Source of the DNA: Camelus ferus
Lineage: Eukaryota
DNA length: 64,000 nt
Direction: 5' to 3'
Assembly: GCF_009834535.1 (NCBI RefSeq)
Contig: NC_045697.1
Coordinates: forward strand, 81,098,001-81,162,000
Under the pieces are notes generated by a model, which ran no database searches, was not told the origin of the DNA, and saw only the letters and a list, made by a program, of their open reading frames with translations. How positions within the stretch are numbered: position 1 is the stretch's first letter; each line of letters opens with the position of its first letter. The translations under genes were made by a program, and so were the position numbers. This document shows positions 26,766 to 40,385 of the stretch, in pieces.

Positions 26766-27540
26766 TGCGATATTGTGATTTATAATAAGAAATATGTAGT
26801 TGGACTTTGACCCCATTTCTGACATAGAGCTCTTAAAACACTTGGAATTTCCTAAGTGAGAGGGTGATAAAGGTATCTTTTGTTATGTTAATGAGGTGGC
26901 TTTTGGAGCCCACCCAAGGATGGAGCCTGGTTGCTAGAACCAACCTTGTGATTAGAAGGTTGGAACTTTAAATTCTATCCCCCCAACCTTGGGGAAAGGG
27001 AGAGGGGCTGGCATTTGAATTAATCGCCATTGGCCAATGATTTAATCAATCTTGTCTATGTAATGGAATTTCCATAAAAGCCCCAAAAGGACAGGGTTTG
27101 GACAGCTTCTAGGCTGGTGAACATGTGGAGAATGGGGAGAGCAGCGCACACATTCGGCAAGGGCACAGAAGAGCCATGCTCTTCCCTGAGCATCTCTTAC
27201 ATCTGGCTGCTCCTGAGTTATATTCTTTGTAATAAAATAGTGGTCTAGTAAGAAAACATTTTCTCTGAGTTCTGAGAGCCGTTCTAGCAAATTAATCAAA
27301 CTCAAGGAGGGAGTTGTTGGAACCTCTAATGGATAGCCCAGGTGATAATCAGCACTTTGGCACTGCTCTGTGAAGTGGAGGGGAGGGGAGGGAGGCCATC
27401 TCGTAGGACTGGGCCCTTAACCTGTGGGATCTTATACTGTGGTTAGAACTGTGTTGAACTGTGGGACGTGCAGCTGGGGTCTGGCCATCGCTTGGTGGAA
27501 AAACGTACCCACCCACATGCTGTAGCTGGTGATCAGAACA
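26766..27540 (+). mobile_element. Solo ERVL LTR (MER21-like) in the last NDST4 intron
   Basis: TG...CA ends. tgcgatattgtgatttataataagaaatat start, tgattagaaggttggaacttt, ccaatgatttaatcaatc and ttctctgagttctgagagccgttctagcaaatta match the recalled MER21 consensus. Antisense to NDST4. Confidence 0.8.
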
Positions 27541-27895
27541 CTTTACTCTCCATTGTTTAACTCAGTACCACACATGGTATAGGTGTTGGATACATATATT
27601 TAATATATAATAATAATGCTTATATATTTTATCCAAAATCGCTTGTTTAGTAGATAATTTATATAAGTACCTTACACATTTGGAAAGGTGTTACTGTACA
27701 GTCAATATTTATGTTTGAATTGCATCCCAGCAACACACAATTTCTATGGATATTTATTGATCATCGGTATCTGTTGGTCTATCTATCTTCTAAATATATA
27801 AAAGTATTGATAGCAAAGAAAGAGCAAAAAAAGGAAGCACATTTACTGTCTTCTAGTTTTGAAATAGTTGTATGCACAGAGTATTTCAAAGATTA

Positions 27896-28147
<252 letters not shown>

Positions 28148-30444
28148 TCAGCTCTATCAATATAATTCACTGAATTGATTTGAGAGAATTTAATTGAGAT
28201 TAAATAAATTATGTCATATATTTTTGAATAGTTCTATTGTTAGGAAAAAAGACATATAGATCTTTTTTCTTTCCTTATGTTGAAATTATTAAGTTCCATA
28301 TTTTACCTATTCATCCATAAAAGATCAAAGATGAATCAACAAAACTACCACCCCTATAAAAAGGATATTTAGAATATTTAGAATATTCACTTAATATGAT
28401 TTCCCTGTTAAAATATATTAACAGATTTCTTTGAAATCATTCAATAGTATATATTAAGGGGACTGAATGTAACATAAACATATTTCTGTGAATATAAACA
28501 TGAATTAATGCTTCTAAGAAAAATACTGTATTTTTTTTAACAGTTGGAATGTTTTCACTTTTCAAGGAGGAATTAAAAGGGTAAAAATATAATTCACTGT
28601 ATTTTTCCAGACAATGTGAGACACCGGTTATACAAATGGTTTAAGTGGAAGACTAGACAATTCGTCAGTTCTTTTGTCGAAGGTGGATGATCCTACTGGA
28701 TAATTCAGAACCCTATACTCTTAAAGAAAATTCTAATGTTGTTTTTGCCCATGTGGCTGCCCAAATTTACAAAAGAAAGAATGCATGGCTTAATTATTTG
28801 TTTAGACTCTGGTCTATAAGAATTTTTGTTTAGGACTAACAAGATAGGAAAAATGAAAGAATGAACAAATAAGCAGGGAAATTTTAAATGTATTGCTATG
28901 GGACTTGCTGCATGCATAAAACATCGAAAAGGTTTGCATTTTTGTTGCTCAGCAGATGTTTTAGAAGGATGACGCATAATTGACTAGGATGTAAAGTTAA
29001 TTAGTTGCAGAATATTTTGTTGCCCTGGGCCCGTTCCTGTAATGCCGGTTCACCTGCAGCTTGCTTCTGCACATATGTGAGCTCATTTAGGGGGAGAGAG
29101 AAATTTTCTTCACAGTTCCCTGCCCAACCTATTACTAGAGACCTGATCCTTGCAGTCCAGGTTGTCCTAGTACATGTTATCAATTAAAATTAAATACATC
29201 ACTGGTTAAATGGATAAAAGGAAGACAGGGTCATTTCTAACCTGGACTTTTCAATCTGCTCCTTGCCTCTCACAGCCTTGTCTCTAGTTTCCATTAATTT
29301 CCCAAGAGGAAAAACAATTCAGCATGCTGTGCAAAATGAGACGGGGAAGTTGGCATAACGGTGCCCCTAAGCAGCATTTTCTGCCACAGGATGAGACTTT
29401 TTAACTGCATTAAGGTAAAGTACAGCTCTGGCAACCAAGCCAAAATATTTATACACACACTGAGAGCATCTTCTTTGCTCTCTGGTGTGCAGAGGTCTCA
29501 GGATGGGCGGCCGTCTCTCCTTGCTCTCCACAGCCGCTGTTGTGAGGCAGAGTTTAATACAACCTGAGGAAGGAGAGCCATCCAGAATAGTGACAGTCAT
29601 TCTTTTCAATAGGGTTGCCATCACCTTGAATCCACCTAATTGTGCTGTCCTGGTTTCATTTACGGCACGGACAACATTATATCTACCCTAAGTCTGACAA
29701 AGGGCATTTATTCTTGCTAAGTTCTATCAAAGCATTGCTTTATGGTTTGATTTTAGTAGGCATGAAATTGTGAAACTAAGATGCAAAGCCTTTCTCAAAT
29801 AACCGTCAGACAACGTTGAGGACATGAATTGGTTGCCATACGAGTTCGTTTATTGCACTGAACATCACTCTCGTTATTAATTTTGGGAATGGGTGAGACA
29901 TATTAAAAGCCATATATTCTGCACTTGTTTGTAATCTCTTCTTTAGGAGTATGCTCTTACAGGTTTATTGAACCATAAGCACTATTTGTAGTGAACAGGA
30001 GAGAATCATTCCCTAAACTCCTGCAGGGAGGCAGGGGAAGACATGCCGACATCGATAACTATTAATGTAAATGTATTAGAGGAAGCTTTGTTTACTTAAT
30101 CAGCAGGGGCATGCCTTGTGTTGTTATTTCCAAGTGTAGGGAAAAACTTCATTAGACTTCTTTTAGTGGATAAGGAACAACGCAATCTTATTACTACTTT
30201 TCCTGTCCCTCCATTACCCTCTCTAATTGTCTAATTGCTGGTTCTAATCCGCTGTGAACTGGGAAATTATATAATCAAGCTTGTTAGAATTTTGTCTACA
30301 ATTTAATAGGCTTTATATCAGGCCTTGTGAGGGAGTCAAGTACATGCGCTTTTAAATATATATTTTGGCTGCCTGGAGCTTTTGTTTTTGTTTGTTTGTT
30401 ATTTTGCTTCTTTATACTTTTTATTTCCATTTTCAGTTATGCAA

Positions 30445-31017
30445 GTATATGATTTTATTTTCCCAAGATGACGGCAGCACTATCCCCCCTCCCACATTCT
30501 CTTCTGCAAGATGCCCATGCCCTGCTCCATCAAGGGGGGAGGCCCCCTCCCCTCGCCGTGGATTTGGACTGGCTTTAGTGACTTGGCTGCGATGAATAGA
30601 ATATGATGTCAGTGCTGCTGTGTGACATGCCAGGCTAGCTCAGAGACAGCCCTGGACCATGTTCCATGGACATGTCACACCCTCAGAACACACAGCCACT
30701 AGACTGTGAGAAAGTCACACAGAGAGGCCTCGTCACACTGAACTCAGCTTGGAGCCATCCCAGCCCAAGAACCCTTAAAGAGGTGAGCGGAGAAGTGAAG
30801 AATCCTCCAGAAGATTCCAGGCCCCAGCCATTCAAGTCATATCCAGGTAGTCATGTCTTCCTAGAGGTGGCCCCAGGTATTTCGAGCAGAGACAAGTTGT
30901 CCTGGATGTGTCCTGTCTAAAGTCCCAGCCCACTGGATCCGTGAGCATAAAAAAATGGCTACCGTTATATGTTGGTAGGTTTGGAAGGTCTGTCAGGCAA
31001 TAATAGACAACTGCAAA
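30445..31017 (+). mobile_element. MaLR solo LTR (MLT1G/H-like)
   Basis: cccaagatgacggc...ccatcaagggggga...gactggctttagtgacttg...aatagaatatg...gattccaggccccagccattcaagtc. Explains ORFs 30365..30595 and 30666..30920. Confidence 0.7.
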
Positions 31018-31512
31018 ATTATTATGTGATTATATTTGCTTATACATAATTTAATAAATACAGAGTAAAACATAGATGTGTCCCCTTCCCAATTCTGCCC
31101 CCAATACTGGTCACTTTCATAAAGCTAATGGTGGCCATCCGTATTTTATTTCTAACTAGTAAATTACTTGGGAGAAGAGATTATATCTTTTTCACTTTTG
31201 CAACTTCAATTCCTAGGACACTTTCTGCACAGAGTAGGCATGTAAAAAAAAGTTTACTTAATCAAATGTATAGTGGGATAAAGCTTACAAAAAGGGAAAT
31301 TTGTGATACATAAATGCCTATAAGATAAAGTGTCCCTGGTATTCAAAGAGGAGACACTACATGAATAATGAGGATATTCCTTGGACTGCTTTTGAGTAGC
31401 ATAATGATGTATAAATTCACAGCCAGTATTAATGATGCTGTATACACACCTACCAGTGATAATTTATGATGGCAAATAATGGAAACGAAGTCAAGCATGA
31501 GAATAGACTCAC

Positions 31513-31622
31513 GTTAGTGCTTCAGAGTAATTGTAATGAGGTGTAACTCCCAGGAACTTCTGGACTTCATCCATCACAGTAGCTGGGTCAGATCTCAGCT
31601 GCTGTCCATCAATAATTAGCAG
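31513..31622 (-). CDS. NDST4: NDST4 coding exon (110 nt): [36 protein letters not shown](T)
   Basis: Translated by hand. Acceptor ccacag|CTG, donor AC|gtgagt. In frame with the flanking exons. Confidence 0.97.
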
Positions 31623-32564
31623 CTGTGGAGTCAGAAATAAGCACTTTATGAAGAACAAAACTAAATGAAGTCAACTGAGCTGCCTCCCTTGACCTGGTAT
31701 GATGTTAATTAGAGCAGCGTGAATAGGAAGAAAATATACAATATATGCTACTTGGAATACATCGTAATGTTTACTTTTCCTGTGTCCTTCCAAATAAACA
31801 ACAAAGTTTGCCAAAGGCATTATTTATAACCCTTAACTAACTTGATTGTAAATCAGAAACAAACATTGACACTCTCTTGATTTAGTAGTTCAGTAGAAAC
31901 ACGGTTTTCCATCTGTTCCATAATCAGGTAATTATCCAGCCTATGAAATCCCATGAGTTACCCTTGGAGCCAAGGGCTTAGAAATAGTGGGCATACAGAT
32001 GAAAATTACCTATAGCTTCTCCTTGCAAACCACAATGAGAACTCAGGTTTCAGTGGCAACCTGATCTGGAATGAAGAAGATACAGGAGACAGACGCTTTT
32101 CTCAAATCCTAATTTCGCCTTCTATCCCAAGTTCCTGGAGCTATAACAGCACTTCCCATTTGACAGTCTAATCCACGACCTCCTTCTTCCTGTATAAGAG
32201 TCCCACAGGACAGATGACACAAGGGTATCTGCACATGCTGGTCCACAAAGGTTTTGTCTAACTGGCTGCTCTGCTATCGGCTGAGAGTTACTGCCTGTGA
32301 AACACGTGATGTCTCCCGTGCAAGGACTTAACCACTCCAAGGCCAGCTACTATCCAAGAAGATCCCTAAAGTGTGTTTCACAGCCACTTACCACTGTAAT
32401 GCTATTATTGACATTAAAAATGTGAAAATCCACGTTTCTTCCTTAGGTATGGTCATCTCTGATAATAAGTTGCTATCTGTGGCAATGTTAGTTTATATTT
32501 CTTGTTTGTCAGTGCAAAGTAATCATGATATAATAAACAGAAGAAATTCATTTCAGGACATTAC

Positions 32565-32735
32565 CTGAGAAGTAGCAAAGTAAGTTAGCCATCTTTCTAT
32601 GTGGACTGCATACCATCCAGGTACTAGGCATCTCCTCTGCAAAGTTTTCAGTTCAGATGGGGCCCAATGGCCTGTCGTAATAACTTCATAGAAATTAAAC
32701 CTCAGGGCAGCTGGATCTTCATGTGATCGTTGGTG
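32565..32735 (-). CDS. NDST4: NDST4 coding exon (171 nt, phase 0-0): [57 protein letters not shown]
   Basis: Within ORF 32553..32765. Acceptor ttattaaag|CAC, donor CAG|gtaat. Confidence 0.97.
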
Positions 32736-33419
32736 CTTTAATAAAAAAATCAATTGGAAAATCAATTTTCTTTATGCCTGCATGGGTATGTATGCATGTG
32801 TGGGTGTTTGATATGTGTATATGTGTGTTGATGTCTTTTATTTCAAAAAAGTAGTGGAAAACTATTAATTGATTCTAGAATGAAAAATAAGGTGAAAAGT
32901 GCATCCTATATTGAAACCTAGGGATTGCATATTGCTTATTTAAAGTATAAGCCTTCCGTATCTATCAAGTAGCATTCAGATAAGCCTGTGGTTGTCTTCA
33001 CGTCTAAAAGGTGCAAGATGCAAGACAAGAGACAGGGTGCAAGGATTTCCTCCATGGGTCTGATTAGAAGTGAAAAGATGTCAGGGACCAGACAAATCAA
33101 GCCTGATGAACAGAGACTTTGATTGGCAGGAGTAGGTTTACCTATTACTGTGCTCATTGTTTCATTACAGCCGCTCCTGCGGGTTCTGAAAATTCCCCAG
33201 TATCCCTGTGCGGCAGGTGCTACGGGTATAGACGGCGGATGTCTATTCCTGACGCAGGTTGAGGTGTCATATTCATGTTGATGTTGCCCAAGGCGCTTTG
33301 CTTTTGCTTTCCCAAGGGTTCCACCTAACTCTGCTAATTCCTAAATACCAACTCACTACTGTTTTTTAGTACTAAATCCTCCGAGTCTTTCACATCAAAT
33401 CATCAGTGGTCAAGCTCAA

Positions 33420-33960
33420 GAGCCCAACACAAGTCAATACAATTTCATAAGCATTATTAAGGCCCTTGCCAGAACAAAGACCCGCACTAGCTTCTAGAGA
33501 TAAAAAGACATAGGCAAGACAAAATCACTATCTTCAAAGAAATCCAAATCTTGTTGATAGACAATAGATTAACAGATTGTAATGAAGTCACATATTTGAT
33601 TAGAGAAATAACTTATTTGCTATGATGGCCAGACCAATGACTGATTAGATCTGAATGAAAGATGAAGAAATCTTTTTTAATGGTTGAAGCTTTTGAGCTA
33701 AAATGTAGTGAGAAAGATTTTGATAAGCAGAAATGAATAAACATGGAAACTAAGAAAACTTTATCTCTAAAGTAAATTTGATTGAAGTTGGATGAGGTGT
33801 GTGGGAATGGATGAGTTGATTTTGCAAAATATCTAAAAGTGAACATAAAGAAAATATACGACAGGATAAGGCTGGAAGCATAATAGGGCCTGATAGAATT
33901 ATGTCATAGCAGGACTTATACGTAAATGAGAAGTAAAAATTACTAAGAAAGTAAAGATGA
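33420..33960 (-). mobile_element. Degenerate L2 fragment
   Basis: tttcataagcattattaagg...gacaaaatcactatcttcaaagaa followed by purine-rich sequence typical of antisense L2. Confidence 0.45.
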
Positions 33961-35461
33961 TTAAAAAGTAGTGAATGGTTAAGGAGTAACTAGTGAGTGG
34001 TAGATTGGTAGAAATAATAAAATTTTTGAAGCCTTATTATTATATATTTATTGACCTTATTTATAAATGTATTATGCTACATAAATGGAGATAACATAAT
34101 GCATTTAATTAATATAAGGTGCAGAAACTACAAAACTTGAATAAGGAAATATAAACATACTATGCACATACTAATACAGTGATGCTAACATTTCTGCTTT
34201 ACACAGTGATAATATGGAATTGTACTTAATCTGCTCTATAATGACTTATACCAGTTTAACACCAACCTTTTTTTTATATTTCTACAACTAAAAAGATTAG
34301 CATAAAAATATGACCAGATGTCAAAAAGGGACAGGAAAAATTAGCACTGTAGGTCCTCTGTGAGGCCCATTATAAAAATGTGGCATAGAAATTATAGTGG
34401 CAGGCGACATTTGTAGGAGTTTCTGAATTACACCTGCTGAGATTGAGATTTACGGTACTTACTGAATAGATAGGACTGGCTAAGTAATAGGTTTCATTAT
34501 TTTGAAATGTGGAGCAGGCTGGGGACACTACTCTTAGCAATATAACAATAAAAAATATTATCAGAAAAAATATTCTTTTTACACATGTATGTTCAAAGAA
34601 TTTACTTGAAGAAGTATGCATAGTTTCTCTTTTATGTAAATGATTTAATCCATTTTTTTAAAAAAAGATTCATATATATCTGCTCTAAGTAGTGACCATG
34701 CTTTCTGCTAGGAAAATGTGCAACATTTGGTCCCAAATATTGGCATTCAAAATGTTTAATTAAGGCTTAACATCTCAATATTTTTGGCACAATTTTAAAA
34801 AGTAGGTTTATCTTGCTTTGCAATATGAATTTTGATAAAGTGAGGAAGACACATTTTTGTATCTTGAGGGAGTCATTGATTCATGGATTCTAATAATAAT
34901 TTCTGAATTTTGCTCCCAAAACAAGTGTTCCACTTGGATCCCCAACCACTTGCAATCTCAATCGCAGTATCATATTTTTCTGTTCATCATCATTTGTTCT
35001 CAGCAATCTATGTTTATTAAAGGAATTTTGAAAAGTCAAGAAAAAGAATGAAGAAAAAATAAAAATTACTTGCTATTTTGCTGTTATTAAAATTTATTCT
35101 TTTAATTTTTTTTTTATTTTGACATTAATTTCTTATGCACTCATATCATTGGGATTTTAGTACATATGGATTGTTACCACCATAAATTCAAAATCATCAG
35201 CTTTAATTAGCCTTTAATTGCTGCAGGCAATTTTACATTTCTCTGGTCAACTTTATCTCACTCCTGTACCAAGCTTTCAGATTCCTTTATTCTCTCCTCA
35301 AACTACTGCCTCTCAAAATCCTCTTCCTTTTCATCAGATTAACTCATTCTCAACTTTAAAGAAAAAAGAGGTTATCATAGTTATTTTAATTTCTCTATCC
35401 CAGACCTTCAGATTTACCAGCATGTACATTTACACCCTCTTCTACCCCTTAATTTTTAATG

Positions 35462-35878
35462 CAGGGGTTCTCAATCAGAGACCCACTGATAGAAATCAGA
35501 GGATCTATAAATGCGGATCTGCAAAAAAAAAAAAAAAAAAAAAGCCTCTTTATTTTTAGTAACGTCTAAGTAAAATTCAGTATTTATTGTACTTGTGATT
35601 TTACCACCGGTAAAAATCTGTTACTTTATTTCACAATACAGGTCTTTCAGATATATTACGTGTGGTTTCTGCCCATCACTACTTCCAAATTACAGTAGTA
35701 TTAGTCCCATCATTAGATCTTGCCATTTACTGATTTAATAAATAATATTTGTGACTGATTTAAAAAGTGATTTTGATAACTATATTTCTATGTAGTTGTT
35801 TCCTTTGTAGTACTATGTAGTGTAAGACCCCACCAGACTGGCAGAAGGTGCCCAGCACAGGAAAAGTGAAAAACTCTG
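35462..35878 (+). mobile_element. hAT-Charlie element (MER113-like) nested in an L2
   Basis: caggggttctcaa start; atcactacttccaaattacagtagtattag, ttttgataactatatttc and caccagactggcagaagg...gtgaaaaactctg end match the recalled MER113 consensus. Contains an A21 run. Confidence 0.7.
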
Positions 35879-35879
35879 G

Positions 35880-37300
35880 AAAAGGAGTGCTTCCCTCCCA
35901 CCTGAGCTACTTCCTAGAGCCTTTTTCCTGGCCCCTCAGGCTCCTCACTGATTGATTCCCCATTTTCCCCCGAGGGGGGAGCTTTAACACCCCTCTTCCT
36001 TTGAAAACATCTCATTATAATTCAAATCACCACCCCATAGAACACATTGTCCTTGACCCACTGTGTCTAGTTTCTCTCCTTCAGAATCACATTTGTTTGC
36101 ATCTTTTGCAAGGGCCACCTCTATTTCTTCATCCTCACTTACTTATTTCTCTGCCATTTCCATCTGGGTTTGCTCTTTTCACTCTGTTGCTAAAGTTTCC
36201 ACTTCCCTCCATATTTTTCAACTCAGTGAAAATAATTCAGGTCTTGTTTTGCCTACTTGTCCAGCATCTTAGGAGCTGTCTGACACTATTGTCTCCTCCT
36301 CCACTTCGCAGTACTCCTTTCCTTGTATTAGGTGTCGCTACGCTGATGGATTTTTTTCCTTCTACTCCTGTGGATTATTCTCTTGTCTCACTGGCTGCCT
36401 CACCTGTTCTGTGCTTTTCTTCTCTAAACCTTCTTTTTAGGCAAATTCACCATTTTTTGTGGCTTTTGCCTCTGATTCACAAATTTCTGTCTCCTGCTCA
36501 GACCTCTTTGTTCCTTTTGGCATGACAGTGATTCTGTACCTCCTGATCACCAGCTGTGCAATCCTTAGCCTCCCCACAACCCCCAACAACTCCTGTATCT
36601 TTCAGTGCTTCTTTTCCATGGGAATATATGGTCATCACCCAGTTGCCCGGATTGGAAATTTGGTTTATCCTTGACACTGTTTTCTCAACACGTTCTGTTG
36701 ATTTTAATCCCTAAACATCTCTTGATACTTTCTTGATCTCTTTTGGTAGTTTCTACTTACTCTCTCTGTCCCTGCTACCTCCGTCTCTCAGCAGGACTAC
36801 TGCAACAGTCTCTACTTGATTTCACTGAGTGGTCATTTCTGCCATTCCAATCCATTCTTCAACGAGCAGATAGCATCAAGTTTTCCAAGGGGAATTCTGG
36901 TAACTACACACCAGCTTAACATTTTCCAAAGGCTTTTGATTGCTCAAGGAATGGTTCCCACATGGTTCTCCTACTTGGCTTCCAGCACCTCGTGCCTTGC
37001 AGACTCATCGCCCAAAGGTCTCCCCCTCGGGTTTTACTCTATAACCACATGGACGTTAATTCTTTAACTGTGCAATGGTTCTTTGCACCAGTGGATTACA
37101 CAGACTTTCCCTCTCCCTCAGTTGCCCTCTACCCTCACTCAGCTGATACCTACTCATCCTTCAGTTTTAAGTCTAAAGTTTATTTCTATAGAGAATGCTC
37201 TCATAGAATCTTCCATACTTCCTCACAGAGCATTCAAAATTTCTAACTATATATCCTTATGCATATTTAGTATCTACCCACACATTAGAATGAACATAAT
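35880..37300 (+). mobile_element. Long degenerate L2 (also continuing to the left of the MER113-like insertion)
   Basis: Pyrimidine-rich, with L2 motifs such as catcacccagttgcccggattggaaatttgg, ggactactgcaacagtctc and cctactcatccttcag. Explains the Leu/Phe/Ser-rich ORFs between 36001 and 37307. Confidence 0.7.
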
Positions 37301-37319
37301 GTTTTAATTATCATTGTAT

Positions 37320-38130
37320 TGATTAAAACCATCATTAAATGCTGAAGAATACTCCATTTTGTGTGACACAATTCTACATTGCTGGATATTTACTTTTCCT
37401 TTGTTGGTATTATTATTATGGTTGGTACTGTGATGACTAAAAAAAGGGCTACATGTTTTTCATCCTTTTGAAGTTCTCTTTATGATCACTTCCAGAAGAG
37501 GAATCACAACACAAAAGGATCTTTATCAACCTTTTTTGATAAATATTGTCAAATTAGCTGTCAGAAAATACCTCCCTATGTATGCTTCTATTGGAATGTT
37601 TGGGAACCTTTGTCGTCACACCCTTGACAGCAGAGAGAATAAATATGACAGCTTTTGTCAAGATGATATTTTAAAAAGTATCATTTTGATTTATATTTTG
37701 TTGATCCCTAATTGGGTTGATCATTTTCACATAAATTGTTGAGCAACTGCATTTGTGTGTGTATGTGTGAATTTGTTTATCTATTTTTCTACTAAAATGT
37801 TATATTTATTATTTAATTTTTGTCAATGGGCAGAAGCTTTTTTTTTTAAAACAAATTAAGGAATTTATGCCATTTACCATGTATTGCTAAAGATACTCTA
37901 CTTAGATTTTTACTTTTTTATTTTGTTACTTGTGACAGATCAACTATCTTACATATTTATATGGCTCAGATTGATTAATTTTTTGGTGTGTGATTTTTTT
38001 TCTCTTGTATTATGCTTGAAATTCCTTGCCCAACTTGATATGAATTAAATATTCAGCTCATTTCTCATAATTTGTTTTGTTTGTTTAGCTCTTTTAATAT
38101 TTAACTGTTCAATACATCTGGACTTTACTT
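37320..38130 (-). mobile_element. Old L1 (L1ME-like) fragment
   Basis: T-rich antisense L1 3' ORF2/UTR motifs (gctgaagaatactccatttt; ttgatcattttcacataaattgttgagc). Confidence 0.5.
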
Positions 38131-38201
38131 GGATAATTCACCATTTCTTACATTCAAGCTACGAACACATGCTTTTAGTAGTATTTTTTATTGCGTCATA
38201 C

Positions 38202-38376
38202 CTGGTACCAAGAGTATGCCCTGTCTGAGGGGTCAATGAGAATGGTGATGATCTTGGCTTTGGGGACCAGGGATGCAGCTCGCTTGGGAGCTTCTTCTGA
38301 ATGGAAGTAATTAGCACTCTTTTCAAATAGAAAGTCGCTTGTAATGTTAGATGGAGTAGGGAAAAAGTCCATATAC
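38202..38376 (-). CDS. NDST4: NDST4 coding exon (175 nt): (W)[58 protein letters not shown]
   Basis: Translated by hand. Acceptor ttcag|G, donor CAG|gtatg. Contains FEKSANYF and the 3'-PB motif DPSDRAYSW of PAPS-dependent sulfotransferases. Confidence 0.97.
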
Positions 38377-40261
38377 CTGAAGGCAGAGAAAGAAATTAAT
38401 TAATTTGAGATATAATTTTTTCCTGCCATACAATGGATATAAAATAATTTAAACATTTTTACATTAATTAATATTAATTTTTAACTATTGGTGTTACAAT
38501 AGTCAAAACAGAGACTATTCTATACACTTCAAATGTGAAAACAACCTAACATATTATTGTTCTAATGGACTATTTAGGACAGGGGAAAGAGTGAGATGAA
38601 ATAGATGGGTTGCTAAGGAACAGAGGGAAATTCCTTTAGATTTTGGGTTGATGTTCTGTGCTACTGAAAGCCAAATCCAAAAAAATTAAGTTTACCCTTG
38701 GCAAAGAGCAAATTATACCATATTGCCTAGTAAATGTTTTAAAATAGTAGATTTATGTTTTCAAACTTGAATGTAAAATACTTAACTTGAGATTAAAGTG
38801 CACAAAAGAGGAAAATGTGTAAGTCAGAATAGCGATAAAACACCAAACAGATTAGGGCATAGCTGCTTTCCTCCTTTTTAACTTCTGCATAATTTGTAGT
38901 ATGTGTAGCAATGTGAACACATTATAGTCCATCTAGGGTAATTAAGGGGATATTTCCTGCCAGTTGATCCTGTGGTGCCTCGATAGGTTCACTCCTCCAT
39001 ATGCTGTCGGATTATTCCTCTGTGTGTAGATTATGGAATCAATATGTTCAGAGGTTAATTCAGTGCAAGGGGTTAATTATGTGTGTAACCCTCCTTATAG
39101 CTCATCACTTCTCTAACCCTCAAATGTTCTAGAAATAAATGATGAGTGCAATTAAGAATTCATATAAGACACTTATTTTCCTCTTTGACATTTGTTATTA
39201 TGTTTCCCAAATGTGAAGTAGTGAAAAGTCTCATCTATATTCCTGCTTAACAATTTGTGTTCCACTTGAGCTCACACATAAAATTGCTGCTCTACTTTGA
39301 GTAACTTGCATGCAATTTCAAAATTCATTTAGTCTGTTTTAAGTAAGGTAAAATAGTGATAGCCCAGGTGCAGAGCGGACATGTCTCTACTCACTATGAG
39401 AAGTAGGATCTGCTCACTGACATTGCCCCTACCCAACTCTAAGCCTAGCTGCATCTTAAAAGAATGGGCCTCTCATTGAGGACAGGTTCACGTGTGACGT
39501 TGACATCAAGTCACCTGTTACAGAGGTATGCATTGAGGGGAATTTTCTTCAGGAGACATTTGCCTTGTATATTTGGGAACTGGAAATCAGAACCAGTTTC
39601 TTAGAAAACTGGGATAGAGCTAGAAAAAAGCCCCAGAGTGAAGATCAGTGCCAATATCAGGTTTACTCTATTTCAGTTTAGGGAAAATATTGTGATTTTT
39701 AAGTTTTCATAACTTACCAAATACAAAGTAATCTTCCTCTTATGCACATGTGTGACTAGCATTAATAGGGTTTGGAAATGCTCTTTTGTTTGCAAGACAA
39801 ATATCAGCTTATATTATAATACAACATTTATAATCTGGGTGGTTAATGAAGATACACGTCACAGATTATAAAATAAAACAACCTCAAGTGTCATTGTGAA
39901 GATAAATTATGTATTTAGTTAAAAACATTGTAGGCACAGTAAAATAATAATATGCTTAAGGAGAATTTTAAATGTCTTTATGAATAATTCTGATGAAGAA
40001 TATGCCATAATCCTCTTTATTCAATCATATTAATTTACCAGAAAAATATTATCATTATTGCACTGTCCAAATCAAATTATAGGCAACACTGATTAAACAT
40101 ATTATCATTATAAATTAATTTCTAATTCACTATGGTACAATTAAACATAAATTTATTCTGTAATTATGTAGATGCTATGCATACATCTATAATTGCTCAG
40201 CTGTGATGGAGCATGTGTTAACAATGGACTTTATTTTTACTGTTGGTTATTTTTTTCTTAC

Positions 40262-40385
40262 CAGTCAATTCCCTTGTGGTAGTTGTTGCCATTAAAGAAT
40301 TGAACTTCTTCAAATGTTTTGGGGCTGGGGAGATTGCTGATGATGGAAGGGTGCATAAGGAGAAATAAATAAAGTGCAGTCGTTC
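40262..40385 (-). CDS. NDST4: NDST4 coding exon (124 nt): (G)[40 protein letters not shown](W)
   Basis: Translated by hand (not in the ORF track). Acceptor aatag|GA, donor TG|gtaag. Completes GPQKTGTTAL and carries FEEVQFF. Phase matches both neighbouring exons. Confidence 0.97.

Noticed and set aside
36001..36525. 174-aa ORF, the longest in the window
   Set aside because: Low-complexity Leu/Phe/Ser/Pro translation of a pyrimidine-rich L2 fossil; no domain recognised.
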